Source: Octopus sinensis (lineage: Eukaryota). Taken from it: 64,000 bases of DNA. A program made the position numbers and the translations under genes. The notes beneath the pieces are model-generated. The model was not told the origin of the DNA. It worked only from the letters and a program-made list of their open reading frames with translations, and searched no databases. The first letter of the stretch is position 1; every line of letters starts with the position of its first letter. Positions 50,678 to 63,089 of the stretch are shown piece after piece. The stretch spans positions 86,986,001 to 87,050,000 of the forward strand of contig NC_043006.1 of assembly GCF_006345805.1 (NCBI RefSeq). Reading direction: 5' to 3'.

Positions 50678-53006
50678 TATATATATACTTTCGTACCAAC
50701 TTATAAACAGTCCCTTTATCTGTGTTTCTCTCTCACTCTCTTAGTGTAGGCACCTGCTGATTTCTCTGTCTGTCTGTCTCGCTCTCTCTGTCTATCTATC
50801 TATCCATCTATTTCTTCATCCATCAATCCATTTGTCTGTCTGTCCATTCTCTCTGTTTCTTTTTTTTTTTTTCTACTTTGTAACTGAACTTTCATTTCAT
50901 ACATTTGGCTTCTCCAACTTGCTAACAGATTAATTTCTGTCCAAGTGAATCTTTGTAAATAACACCATGTAAGGAAACAAAAGCAAAAAAAATAGGGTTA
51001 GGTTTCCGACTGTAAGATAAATAAAAAAAAATGTTATATTTAGCCATGATACTTGATAAGTAGGGATTAGTGGCATGCAGAATTTCTGCAATGACAGCCG
51101 TTTTTTTCTTCTTGTTTTTTCGTAAGAGACATCAATGTAGTAAATCAATATTTAATTTGTATTTTAAAATCAATCTGGATGCAAAGAGAAGATATTTATT
51201 GTAGAGTGAGATATAGTTTGGTAAGATGAGGTTTATATGACCTTGTTTGATCTCAATATTTGTATATGAATTAATAGACGACCTATTTTCCCTGGATGTC
51301 CCTCCACTTAACAGTGAAATAGAAGTGATTTATTTTTCACTAGGAAATAAAAAGAAATAAAGCAAACGGGATCCAAGTAATACACTATGGTATTTCTAAT
51401 TCTGATTGAATTATGAAAGCGGGGCCAGATATTTAAGAAGTTGGATTCACAATCTAGATTCTAATCTAACAACAATATTAAACCCCTTAGCTCAGTAGCT
51501 ATCTTTTACAATAACCTTGGATCAATCTGAGACCTGTGAGTGAAACTAGATAGATCATAAGTGTATGAAACTCAGATTTATCATACTGGTAATTCAAAGC
51601 ATCAAGGTGCATCAAGGTGGTACTGGTGATTGCACATAAGGGTTATGTTAAGGGTACAAGTTCCCTTGGAAAACTGAGCCATTTATTTCTATATATATAT
51701 ATTATATTATATTATATCATATATGATATATATATATATATATATATATGTATACACACACATGCACACATATACATATAAAAGTAGATGGATGGATGGA
51801 TGGGTTGGTGGGTGAGTGTGTAGGTAGATAGATAGATAGATAATCAAAGATACATGTAATCGTAATTAAATGATATATTCTGCTGATTGCTCATTTTTAA
51901 TTCATATCATCAAAACTGATGTGCTATCCATCATCATCCCCAGTGAGGCTGTAACAAAATCTTAACCAATTCTTGCAAATGAAGTAATGAGTAATTCTTT
52001 CTTCAATGGAATTTAAAGGAGTGAGGATCATGACATTTTCTGTTATTGTGGTACTTCTGATTGCTTCTGATTGTTGTAAATATTGAAAAACTTATTGCAA
52101 GAGTAGTTCTTGCTTTTGGCATCCGACATAGTTCTGTTATTGTTTTTTATTTCAAATTTAACACTAAGTCGGCTCTGACTAAGCAGACCTTGGATCAAAA
52201 ATATTTCCACTACAACTCTCTCATTTCTTTTATATCCAGGACTACATTATCAGTAGGGTGTAATCTGAGGGAGATTTGGCTGTTATTTCTAGTTGGTACA
52301 ACATTTACTGAGAGGGTTTTTTTTTCCACAGGGCTCATCATGCCCCCCAGAAACTGTGACTGCAGTTGCTGTTATAATCTAGATATCATTGTTGTTGACC
52401 ACTGCTGCTATTTTTGTTGTTGTTGTTGTTGCTGACAGTGTAATACCCCGTAATTGCAGTTATATTAATTCTACTTGTATGGTTGTTTAGAACTGAAGGA
52501 TTTTCCGTAAAACCTGGTTACCTCAGAGAACTCAAGAGTCTCATGTTATTCACTATCATTTCAATGAGGAACCATTTACAAAATGACCTTCACATCTGAA
52601 GTACATTCTTACTAAGATTATCACTATCCATACATCAATACCTTGGAACATAACAATAAGCATCTTCCTCTCAAAGGTGTATAACTACAAGAAAAAGTCA
52701 TGTTTTTTCTTACACTTCTTCCTCCTTTCAAGAGCTGTATCTATCCTTAATAAACTACAAACCTCACAAAACTGATTTTTAGATATTTTTTGAAGAACCC
52801 ATTTTGATAAAGTTTTAGTTTTTGTATCAATTTGAAAAGTCAGAAATAAGTAACTGATCTCTTAGAAAGGTAATTGATCATATGATAAGACAGCCAATCG
52901 AATCATGATCAATCAAGCCACATGCAACAGTCTTAAAGCAGCCATGATTAAATACCAAAGGACATTTTGTCTGATGTGCTACCATTTCTGCCAATTCATC
53001 ACCCAC

Positions 53007-53195
<189 letters not shown>

Positions 53196-53745
53196 TAAAC
53201 TGATTGGAAACTTTACCATGTATATGCTTTGTCTTGGTGTAAAAGATGGCTTACAGCAAATATTCTGCTCAATGCCACAGATTTTCTTGTCAGTTGCTTG
53301 ACCTCAATCGTTGAGTATATTCTTTAGTGGTGGACAATATGTGCATCTCCAATAATGAGAATCTCTGATCATGAGCATCTCCGATCATAATATGTGAATC
53401 TCTGAACATAGCCATGTGCTGAGAGGGATTTTTTGCAGTTTGAATAATTGACCTCTGGAAACATGGGTGCATTGTTCATCCTTAAACAATACATATTCAA
53501 GGATCTTTTGAGCAGGATGGGCTTTTTGACTTGATGAAAATTCTAAATAGACATCAACTGCAAGGTCATGCACTATTTATCTTGATATGGGGCTACAATC
53601 TCTTGCACATATGGTTATGATGCATATGCCTGTTGTTCTCTAATCAGCCAGGTAGTTGTGATGGGTATATGGGGATTCGTTTACATTTGTACTCCAGTGT
53701 CACTTTGATGGCATGCACTGCTCTCTCACTCAATAATAACAATAA
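53196..53745 (+). mobile_element. Non-coding (TAA)n-tailed retroposon, longer copy 2
   Basis: 3' about 330 bp homologous to 30921-31272; flanked by (AAT)n. Confidence 0.75.
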
Positions 53746-55050
53746 TGATAATTTATTTTATCTTCATTTCTTTTTAACAGTCATTGCTTAAATAAGGGCA
53801 AAATCTTAAAAATTCATGAGATTGAAATATTATATCTCTCTCTCCAAAAGCACTACCAAAATAGTAAAGTAGTGAATTTCAATGGAGAATTGTTACCAGA
53901 TGTTGGACTTAGTCCATAGAGAAATATCTCTGACCTGTGAGCATAGAACCTGTTTTAAAAACAGTTTTCACAAGTAAGGATTTCAATATATAACTTTGAA
54001 ATATGAAAAAGATGATGATAAAAATTTCTTTACCTTATAATAAATTATTTGTCTTTATTTTATATTATTTTTATCATCATTATTATTATTATTGCTTTAC
54101 GCCCACTTTCCATGTTGGCATAGGTTAGATGGATTGTCACAGTCCAAGGCAGGTTATTGAAAGTTAATGCTCCCCTAGACTGGTGCTTCCTTCAGCTGGA
54201 CACCCTATTTTCAAACATGTTACAGAATGAAGTGGGTACATTTTATCATGACACTAACACTAGAGACTCTAAATAGTCCTTGGTGAGATAGGACTAAAGG
54301 GACCTTAAGCCCTACATCATGTATATTATTTTATGATGAGTATTGTATGTGTATGTGTGTGTGTAGATGTATGTGTTCCTGTGTTTGTGTGCAACTGTTA
54401 ACATTCTTGTCTTTGCTTGTTACCAAACAAAAGCAACAGTAATGTGATGTTTACATTCCTTGTCAACAATACTTTTCACCACATCCTGCTACCAAAGACA
54501 ACTGGAATGAAATAAAATATTCCTTATCTGAAAAGTGGGTAAGAGTTAGTGGCAGGAAAAGCATCCAACTATAAAAGGCTACCTTATATGTCTGCATTCA
54601 ACTTATTATAACATGGGGAAGTGAACATAAAATAAAAGAACCAACAAAAGTTGATTATATCAGAATATACGGCACCAATATTTTCTGGAATAAACATTGC
54701 CATAGAAACATATCTCAAATGACAGTTTAATAAACCTTTAAAATAAGATGATTTAAGTCTTCATTTTGCTAATGCAGACTATCACCATTTTTTCAGATGC
54801 TGCTTTCATACTTACTTACTTATCTAATAAGTTTATCCCAATATATAAGCGCAGGCAAAGATGGACAGTAAGAAGCTTATTTCCCAAAACCACATGGTTC
54901 TGGGTTCACTCCCACTGAGTGGCACCTTGGGTATGTATCTTCTACTACAGCCTTGAGCCAACCAAAGTCTTGTAAGTGAACTTGGTAGACAGAAACTGAA
55001 AAAAGCCCATCACATATATATATATATATATAATATATATATATATTTGT

Positions 55051-55185
55051 GTGTGACCGCGTGTGTACCGTTGGCGATTTTTTTTCCTCCATCTTCCCTT
55101 CTTTCCTGAGCGTCCAATAATACTATACTTGTTCCACGTCCTCGCGTTGTTGTGTTTTCTCTTTGTGTTTTCATGTTTGGATTAA

Positions 55186-55188
<3 letters not shown>
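55051..55188 (+). mobile_element. Internally deleted copy of the 50474-50677 element
   Basis: Matches both ends but lacks about 74 nt containing the hammerhead-like core. Confidence 0.8.
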
Positions 55189-55245
<57 letters not shown>

Positions 55246-56624
55246 ATATCTATGTTTATGTGTTTTTGTGTCTGGTGTATGCCTCACACCACCACTTGAC
55301 AACCGATGTTGGTGTGTTTACATCTCTGTAACTAAGCAGTCCAGCAAAAGAGGCCAATAGAATAAGTAATAATCTTTAAAAAAATAGTATGTCCTGGGGT
55401 CAATTTATTCACCTAAAACCCTTCAAGGCCACAGTCAAATGACTGAAACAAATAAAAGACAGATATTTATCAGGACACCATTATTGGTGGATATGTACAT
55501 GAAGTACAAAAGTATTGGTAATATTTTCTTAGCAAACCTGACTTGAAAACCAGTTATGGATTTTGTTCAGAATTGCACTGTGAAATCAGTTGACTGATTT
55601 GCAATAGAAGAATAAAACAAAAGAATAATCATTCAAAACTTCAAGAAAAATAGCTCTCAACATAGCAGCTTTATAGAAAGATGATGTAAGATCAAGAGAA
55701 TGGTGCTGGTGAAAACCTTTCTAATCCATGCTAAACTGGGATATATCAATGTTATCTTAAAGGTAATCAGTATGTTGTTGTTCTTTAGTCTCAGATTATT
55801 CTTGACCGAGCAGATCTCTTATACATGGCACTATGTATTATTAATTTCATAAATTCTTTTTTAAGATTGTTGAGGGAGGGAGGATTAATTTTGACTGCTA
55901 TTTCTGGCAGGCTCAACTACAACATAGAGACTTCTGCATTGGCATGTCAGTATTGATGATGAAAATCCCTTGGACAGTTTTAATAGAACAGACATACTGA
56001 AAGGGCTGAAGTAGATAATAGGAAAGATAGTGAGAACGATGATGAAATTCTATCCCTGATGATATATTGTGTATTGCTTTAATTAGTCTATCAGTTTGTA
56101 TAGACCTGCCCAAGAGAATATTCAATTGATCATATGTGGTAAATATCAATGCCATTATTTATTATCATGATATCAAGTAGATGACATAATTTGTAAAGCA
56201 ATGGATTACCTGCTTATTAGATAACTTTAGAGAAGATATTCTACTTAGGTGGCAAAGCTGAGAAGTAATCAGAGTGTGTTTGCATGTGCTTAAGAAGCAT
56301 AAAGAATACGATAATACTGATTATGAATAACAACAATGGCAAAGAGGATAAAATTCTCAGAGCATGTACTCTATACTAAATACATATACTGCAGGGTATC
56401 ACAGATATAATGTAGTGAATTGATAGGCTTTGATTAAATGAAATTATCCTTGCAAATAACACAAAAATCCCACAATTGGAGTGAGAGCTTAAAAAGCAAA
56501 AAACAACATACAAAAAGGATAAATTCAGCATTATCAGCTAACCAACATTTTGAGAAACTAAACACAATGCAGATTGGAACAGATGATGCATTTATAACCA
56601 AATGATGAATGCAGTATATACATA

Positions 56625-57060
56625 TCTTATATAATAAAACAGAGTGTCCTTGTTTGTGTGTGTGTGTGTGTGCACACACATGCATGCATGTGCATGCATA
56701 TGTTCCTTATGGATTTGAAAATTGAGTTGCCAATTTTGACGTATGGGGTATCAAAAGATTCGGTAATATTTTGGCTACCAAATAAAGTATGTTTTTGGTA
56801 CAACCCTTTTTTACAACTAAAATAACCTCGAAAGCAAGGTCAGGTCACACAATTTTAAAGTCCTTTTCAGGCAATATTTCGATTTGCTTCCAAAGTTTCT
56901 CTTTTGTTCAATGTTTCACACATTTGTAGAATTCTACTGAAATAGCACAGTTATTTTTACATACTTTTCTTCATTCCAAAATAAGGCAAACTTGAACAAT
57001 GCTTCCAAAATTGTTCATGGTACCATGCACATGTGTGGCCAAGGCAGATATATATTCTAA
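56625..57060 (+). mobile_element. Possible non-autonomous Helitron
   Basis: Begins A|TCTTATATAATAAAAC followed by (TG)n, like Helitron 5' ends; the 3' hairpin/CTRR end is only weakly recognisable. Confidence 0.4.
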
Positions 57061-57115
57061 AAAATATGTTATGCCTTGTAACTTTTATTATATAAGTAGA
57101 GAATTTATCTGTAAA

Positions 57116-57331
57116 TATAATATGTGACAATTATTTGGTAGCTATGATAAAACTCCAAGTTTCAGATGTCAGGGCGGAAACACATGCCACCATCTCTTTA
57201 GTTATCCGGCCATCGTAAAAGGGCATTTTTTTGATGGCCGGATAACTGAAGAGATGACAGCATGGGTTTCAGCCCTGACATCCGAAACTTGGAGGTTTAT
57301 CATGGCTACCGAATAATTGTCACTTATTATA
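57116..57331. mobile_element. Fully palindromic 216-bp element (hairpin MITE)
   Basis: Left about 105 bp is the reverse complement of the right about 105 bp around a short GGGCA loop at about 57221-57225; TA termini. Confidence 0.88.
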
Positions 57332-58580
57332 TATATGTATATCCCAATTGTGTTATCATTTATATATATATATATACAGATGTATGTATATGGGTTCAGG
57401 CATAATTATGTGATTCAGAAGTTCATTTCTCAATGACATGGTTTTGAGTTTGGAGCCACTTCGTGGCATATTTAGCAAATGTTTCCTAACATAGTCCAGG
57501 CCAACCAAAGCCTTGTGAGTGGATTTAGTTGATGGAAACTGAAAGAAGCCCATCATACATAGTTGTGTGTGAGAGAGAGGGAGAGAGAGAGTGAGAGAAA
57601 GAGAGAGAGAATGTGTATTTTCTGTGTTATGCATGAAAAAGTGCTAAGTTACATATATTTGGTGTTAGGAGGGACACTGCTGTAAAAGAGTGCCTTAGTA
57701 ATGTGTATTTATCGAACTGATTCCAGCACAGAAAAATGACCAAATATATTTATCATTTATTATTGTTTGAAAAAAAAATTTCAAAGCTGTTTGAGAACTA
57801 ACCAAACATACAAAAACAAAACAACAGTAATGTTATCAAATGTTGTCTAATGATACATTATAATGTTTTAATGTGTTCCTTTTTATGTATTTTCATTATT
57901 TTCACTTTCTCCTTTTCTCACACACACACACACACACACACACGTATTATTTTACCATTTTCCTTTGGTGTTGGCACTTTATTTGTGAAATAAACAAAAA
58001 CGTATTCTAAAGCTGTAGTGGTAGTGGAGGGTAAGCTGATGCTAATAACAAAGGAGACCATGGTAAGTATACATATTTAAGATAATTAGGCAAAATACAC
58101 CACAATTTTCCACAGAAATCAATATTAAGAATATATGTTTGAAAGCATAGACGTATGTGTTAGCAAACATATGTGTGTGTTAATGTGTGTAAAGAGATAA
58201 AGTAAATGGGTGCTTTGTCAGTCTCAGCGATGATTATTCTCAGTTTTGTGATCAATTGAACCACCTATACACAATACGGGTGCACAAATAGCTTAATATT
58301 CTGGAATTAAGTGCACCCTAGCCAGGTAGGGTCAGTGTGAAGTAGTATATGTAACAAGACTAGCCCATCAAGTTATAGATACTGTCTATTGCTCAGACTT
58401 CAGCATAGTTTCTGGCTAGGTTATTTTGTAATGATAGAAGAGATTTGGCTAAAATTTCTATGCATAGATAAACACATATGCACGATGCATATAAGTTCAT
58501 ACAATCTACATACTTGAACAGTTATGTGTGTGTGGTGTGTGAGTGTATATAAATAACTATATGCATGTATGTAAAAAAAA

Positions 58581-59080
58581 AAATACGCCCTTTTTAAAGC
58601 CTAACCAGGCTCATGGGCCCAGTTTCCCAGTTTCTATGGCATATGTGTTCCCCAGCTGGATGGGATGCCTGTCCACAGCATTACTCATTTCTGCCAGCTG
58701 AGTGGACTGGAGCAACATGAAATGAAGTGTTTTGCTCAAGAACACAATGCATTGCTGGGTCCAGGAATCAAAACCACAATTTTACGATCATGATGCTGAC
58801 ACCCTAACCACTAAGCCATGTGCCTCCACAAATGCGCCCTTTTAAAGCCTAGCCAGGCTCATGGACCCGGTTTCCCGGTTTCTATGGTGTATGTGTTCCC
58901 CAGTTGGATGGGACGCTAGTCCATCGCAGCGTTACTCATTTTTGCCAGCTGAGTGGACTGGGACAACATGAAATGAAGTGTTTTGCCCAAGATCACAACG
59001 CATCACCTGGTCCAGGGATTGAAACCACAATCTTACGATCATGGTGCTGATACCCTAACCACTAAGCCATTTGCCTCCAC
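58581..59080 (-). mobile_element. Head-to-tail dimer of a tRNA-derived SINE (58581-58829, 58830-59080)
   Basis: Two about 250-bp monomers abutting without spacer; heads GTGGAGGCA(C/A)ATGGCTTAGTGGTTAGGG. A diverged copy lies at about 47370-47575. Confidence 0.88.
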
Positions 59081-59110
59081 ATATATGACTATATATACAT
59101 ATATGTGTAA

Positions 59111-59435
59111 GTGGAGGTGCAATGGCCCAGTAGTTAGGGCAGTGGACTTGTGGTCATAGGATTGCAGTTTCAGTTCCCAGACCCGGCAGGGTGTGGTACT
59201 CTTTCACCACAACTTTTTCTCACACTTACTTCCTGCTTCTGTTGTACCTGTATTTCAAAGGGCCAGTTTTGTCACACTCTGTGTCATGCTGAATCTCCTC
59301 CAGAGAACTATGTTAAAGGTACACGTGTCTGTTGAGTGCTCAGCCACTTGCACATTAATTTCATGAGCAGGCTGTTCCGTTGATCGGATCAACTAGAACC
59401 CTTGTTGTCGTAACCAATAGAGTGCAACGACAATA
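59111..59435 (+). mobile_element. tRNA-derived SINE (family B relative), head-to-head with the dimer
   Basis: GTGGAGGTGCAATGGCCCAGTAGTTAGGGCAGTGGAC head with A/B boxes. Confidence 0.75.
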
Positions 59436-59881
59436 TGTGTGTGTGTATATGAGCTTGTGTGTGTGTGTGTGTGAGTGTATACATATATCTGCATGCATTT
59501 ATGTATACACGCACATGTGTCTGTATGTGTGTGTGTAGTGAGACACAAAGAAACAGAGGAGGAAGACCGAGAGAGAGAAGTGAGTAAATGAAAGAACAAT
59601 ATAAGCCCAAGGTATTTTGTTCAAGTTGAACATATTTAATAACAGGTTGACTCAGATCTACTTTACTTAAAGTTCCAAAGCACCCCAACACACACATGCA
59701 TGTGTGTGTGTGTGTGTGTGTGTGTGAGTGTGTGCATACATACACACATACATATATTTATACACACATATGCATGTTTAAATATATATGTATTTACATA
59801 TATATATGTACACACACACACACACATATATATATATAAAACATGTAAACACACATACATACATACATCAGTAAGAGTAGA

Positions 59882-60250
59882 TTGAATAAGTTGGTTAGCT
59901 TTTTCAATAATAATACTTATATTACTGTAGTAGGAATGATGGTTAAACAATTTAAGGGCATTCCAATAGATGGTAATTGTAGCTCTTTATTAGCCGATAT
60001 ATATTTATTTTCATGTAAATTTATTTTCCTTAATGATTTATACCAAAGTGAAAAGATAGGTTTAGTCAAACAACTTGGTGTTTGTAGCAGATATATCGAT
60101 GTTATTTTTTAATTCTTAACAACAATTATTTTGAATATTTGCTTGGGAAAAATATATCGCAAAGATTTGAAAGTGAATAAAAATGGTAACTCAGAGTATT
60201 TTTGGAGAGAATTAAAAGTTTAATAGATCATGTGGAAAAACAAGTTAACA
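59882..60250 (+). pseudogene. Penelope-like reverse transcriptase fragment
   Basis: VKQFKGIPIDGNCSSLLADIYL (Q..GIPMG.N.S..LAD.YL) and SRYIDVIF (RYIDD). Confidence 0.8.
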
Positions 60251-60393
60251 AAGCACGCGGTACACTCTGTAAAATGGTTCATATTATGAACGGTACTAGC
60301 CAGAGAGACCATACCGAGATGGGATAATGCAAGCTTGGGAAATATCATATCCTGTCAAGTTATTTAATCCCTATCAACATGGAATATGATGTA

Positions 60394-60612
60394 CAGTAAC
60401 CCCTCGACTATCATGAGTGTTACATTACAAAACACCTCGTGATAGGAGAAAATTCAGGAAGTAGAAACAGTACTGTAATGTATTTTTTAAAATCATTTTT
60501 ATAATTTGCATATATCTATTTCATTATAAATTCAAAACAACGCCATGGAGGAATCGACATAAGCTTAAATAATAAACTTTGATTGGTGAACTGCGATATG
60601 GCGAGAGATTAC

Positions 60613-60614
<2 letters not shown>
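60394..60614 (+). mobile_element. pogo/Tigger-type MITE, copy 2
   Basis: TA-CAGTAACCCCTCG...CGAGAGATTACTG-TA. Confidence 0.85.
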
Positions 60615-60678
<64 letters not shown>

Positions 60679-60949
60679 TCAAACACACAGAATATTGGAG
60701 TTTAGTTCACTGGTGATCTAAATGAATAGGTACGCTTAGTAAGTGCTGTAACAGATTATAAGGGTTCTAAGCTTGTGAGACAAGAGCTATGGATTCATTT
60801 TAGGTTTCCAATTTAGCAGATATGAATTTGTGAAAGAGGACAACAAATGCTGAGACATAACAAACATCATTTTATATTATTTTATTATACATTTATATTA
60901 TTATTTATATTATATTATTATACATCATTTTTATATTATTCTTAAATTA

Positions 60950-61370
60950 GTTGGGGTCTGACAGCTGTTTCCAGGATGTCCCAAGTGATAGGCAAGTATG
61001 CCTGAATACGGGGTATTCCATCATCAGAGACAAGTAGGGAACATATGAAAGATCTAGAGAATGGAAATATTCAGATAAAAGATCTAGACATGGAAAATTT
61101 GCAGATAATAAGCAAAGGAATAGAAGAGTAGAGAGTAAAGAAATAGAGTTCACAGTTCATTTTTCAGGAGTATGAATGTTAGTCTGAATGTCCTTAGGAA
61201 AATCCAAGGAAAATCCAGGCAGTATAACGGCAATGTGTGAGTAGTGTTTTCACAGCATAAATATCCAGGCAATATTTTGCCAGAAATGGGAATGGTGTGT
61301 TCATATTGAGATGGTTGGTTTATGAGAGAATGACCATAAAAGTGGGTATTGAGCAAAGTGGAGGGAGAAG
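60950..61370 (-). mobile_element. Penelope-like 3' end / terminal repeat remnant
   Basis: Inferred mainly from the embedded hammerhead; a weak endonuclease-tail-like translation precedes it. Confidence 0.45.
60956..61030 (-). ncRNA. Type I minimal hammerhead ribozyme motif with intact catalytic core
   Basis: GTCT-CTGATGA-[49-nt stem II domain]-GAAA-C-AGCT-G-TC-AGAC: 4-bp stem I, palindromic ACAGCTGT stem III/loop, GUC cleavage triplet. Confidence 0.7.
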
Positions 61371-61537
61371 GGGAAAGAAAGGGAAAGAGAGGTTAATGAG
61401 GAGAAACAGTGAAATGGGGAGAGAGAGAGAGAGGAGGAAGTTAAGTTAAAGGGTATTAGCAAGGATTAGTCAGAAGGAAATCATATATACAGATATATAT
61501 ATATACACACACGCACATACATACATACATACATACA

Positions 61538-61569
<32 letters not shown>

Positions 61570-61575
61570 CATACA

Positions 61576-61693
<118 letters not shown>

Positions 61694-61792
61694 TATATAT
61701 ATCAGGGCTGTCAAATGTCTTCTACAGACACACTGTAGGCTACTGTTCTGGGTGCAAAGTGACCAGCTTTTCAACATTGTCAAATAACAATG

Positions 61793-61873
<81 letters not shown>

Positions 61874-61988
61874 TATATATATACATATATAATTAATTAA
61901 TAAGGGTAAGAGAATTAGATACTAATTTAATAGTATATCTATTCTACACCAACTGGTGCTAGAGTGAGCCATATATATGATATATATA

Positions 61989-62021
<33 letters not shown>

Positions 62022-62754
62022 AATATGTATATATACACTTAGAAATGGATGTGTGGTGTTCGATCATATAATAATATATATATATATATATATATGTATG
62101 CATATATACACACATACATGTACATGCCTACATATATATGTATATATACATGCATATACGGGTACAGGAGGTAAAAAAATGTGAATAAAATGAGAAAGAA
62201 CATAAATAAAAGCATGGAATACAAACATTTTTCAAACAATGATGGAAACAAATAGAGAAACAAGGCAGGCAACATAAAAAAAGATTCTCTTCATCAGTTA
62301 TCCCCTGTTTTATCTACTCCGCGTTTCAAAGGTAGGACAAGACATGACTTCATTAAAACAGTCCCTCCAGCAAAGCAAATTAAATAAAAAATTTTCTCTC
62401 TCACCCTTTCAATAATTCTTCTCTCCCCTTTATGGTTCCCTCTCTCTCTCACACTCTTTCTCTTTGACTCTCTTGTTTCTCACACATGACCAACAGCTAT
62501 CTATCTTTCTTTCTTCTACTTCCTTCCTAAAGATAAGACGTGTTTTTGCCTGTCTCTTCTCAAAGCTCGTTTTTCCAGCATTCACCACTTCACCTTGTCT
62601 TGGCTTAACAGCCCTCACCATTTATTTTTACTGTTTTGTTCTTACTGTCCTGTTTTTGTTACCACTTTAACCCTCCACAAAAAATCCCAAAGAGAAAGAG
62701 AAATGAAGAGAGAAAGAGAGGCTAAGAGATGTGTGTGTGTGTGTTTGGTACACA

Positions 62755-62787
<33 letters not shown>

Positions 62788-63089
62788 ATTGACCCATGGT
62801 GGCCAAAGCCTTGTGAATGGATTTGGTAGATGGAAACAGAAAAAAACAGTTGCACGTGTGTGTGTGTGTGTATGTATGAATGAATGTATGTACATATGCT
62901 TGTGTGTGTATGTTTGTATGTATGTATAAGTATACATCCCCACCTTTTGTCACCATTGCTTAATTTTCTTGTCTTTTCTGTTGAAATTGTTCTTACTTTC
63001 ATTGTTTTGGATTTCTTTCATTCTTCTTCCCTAGGGAATTCGTGGACAAGCTTTTTTTTATTTACTTTTCTTGTTTCTTTTAATGCCAA

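Noticed and set aside
50995-51125. Protein-like frames on both strands (AVIAEILHATNPYLSSIMAKY minus; GISGMQNFCNDSRFFLLVF plus)
   Set aside because: Neither has both convincing splice sites, and I cannot assign a family.
52061-52435. 124-aa plus-strand ORF and open stretches on the opposite strand
   Set aside because: No motif; ends in a (TGT)n repeat; no coherent splice model.
59111-59185. tRNA-like heads here and in other SINEs
   Set aside because: A/B boxes are present but no complete cloverleaf; they continue into SINE bodies, so they are not tRNA genes.
62295-62335. Minus-strand GAAAC…GTA followed by CTGATGA (type II hammerhead order)
   Set aside because: Stems II and III are marginal and no stem I can form between the triplet and CTGATGA.
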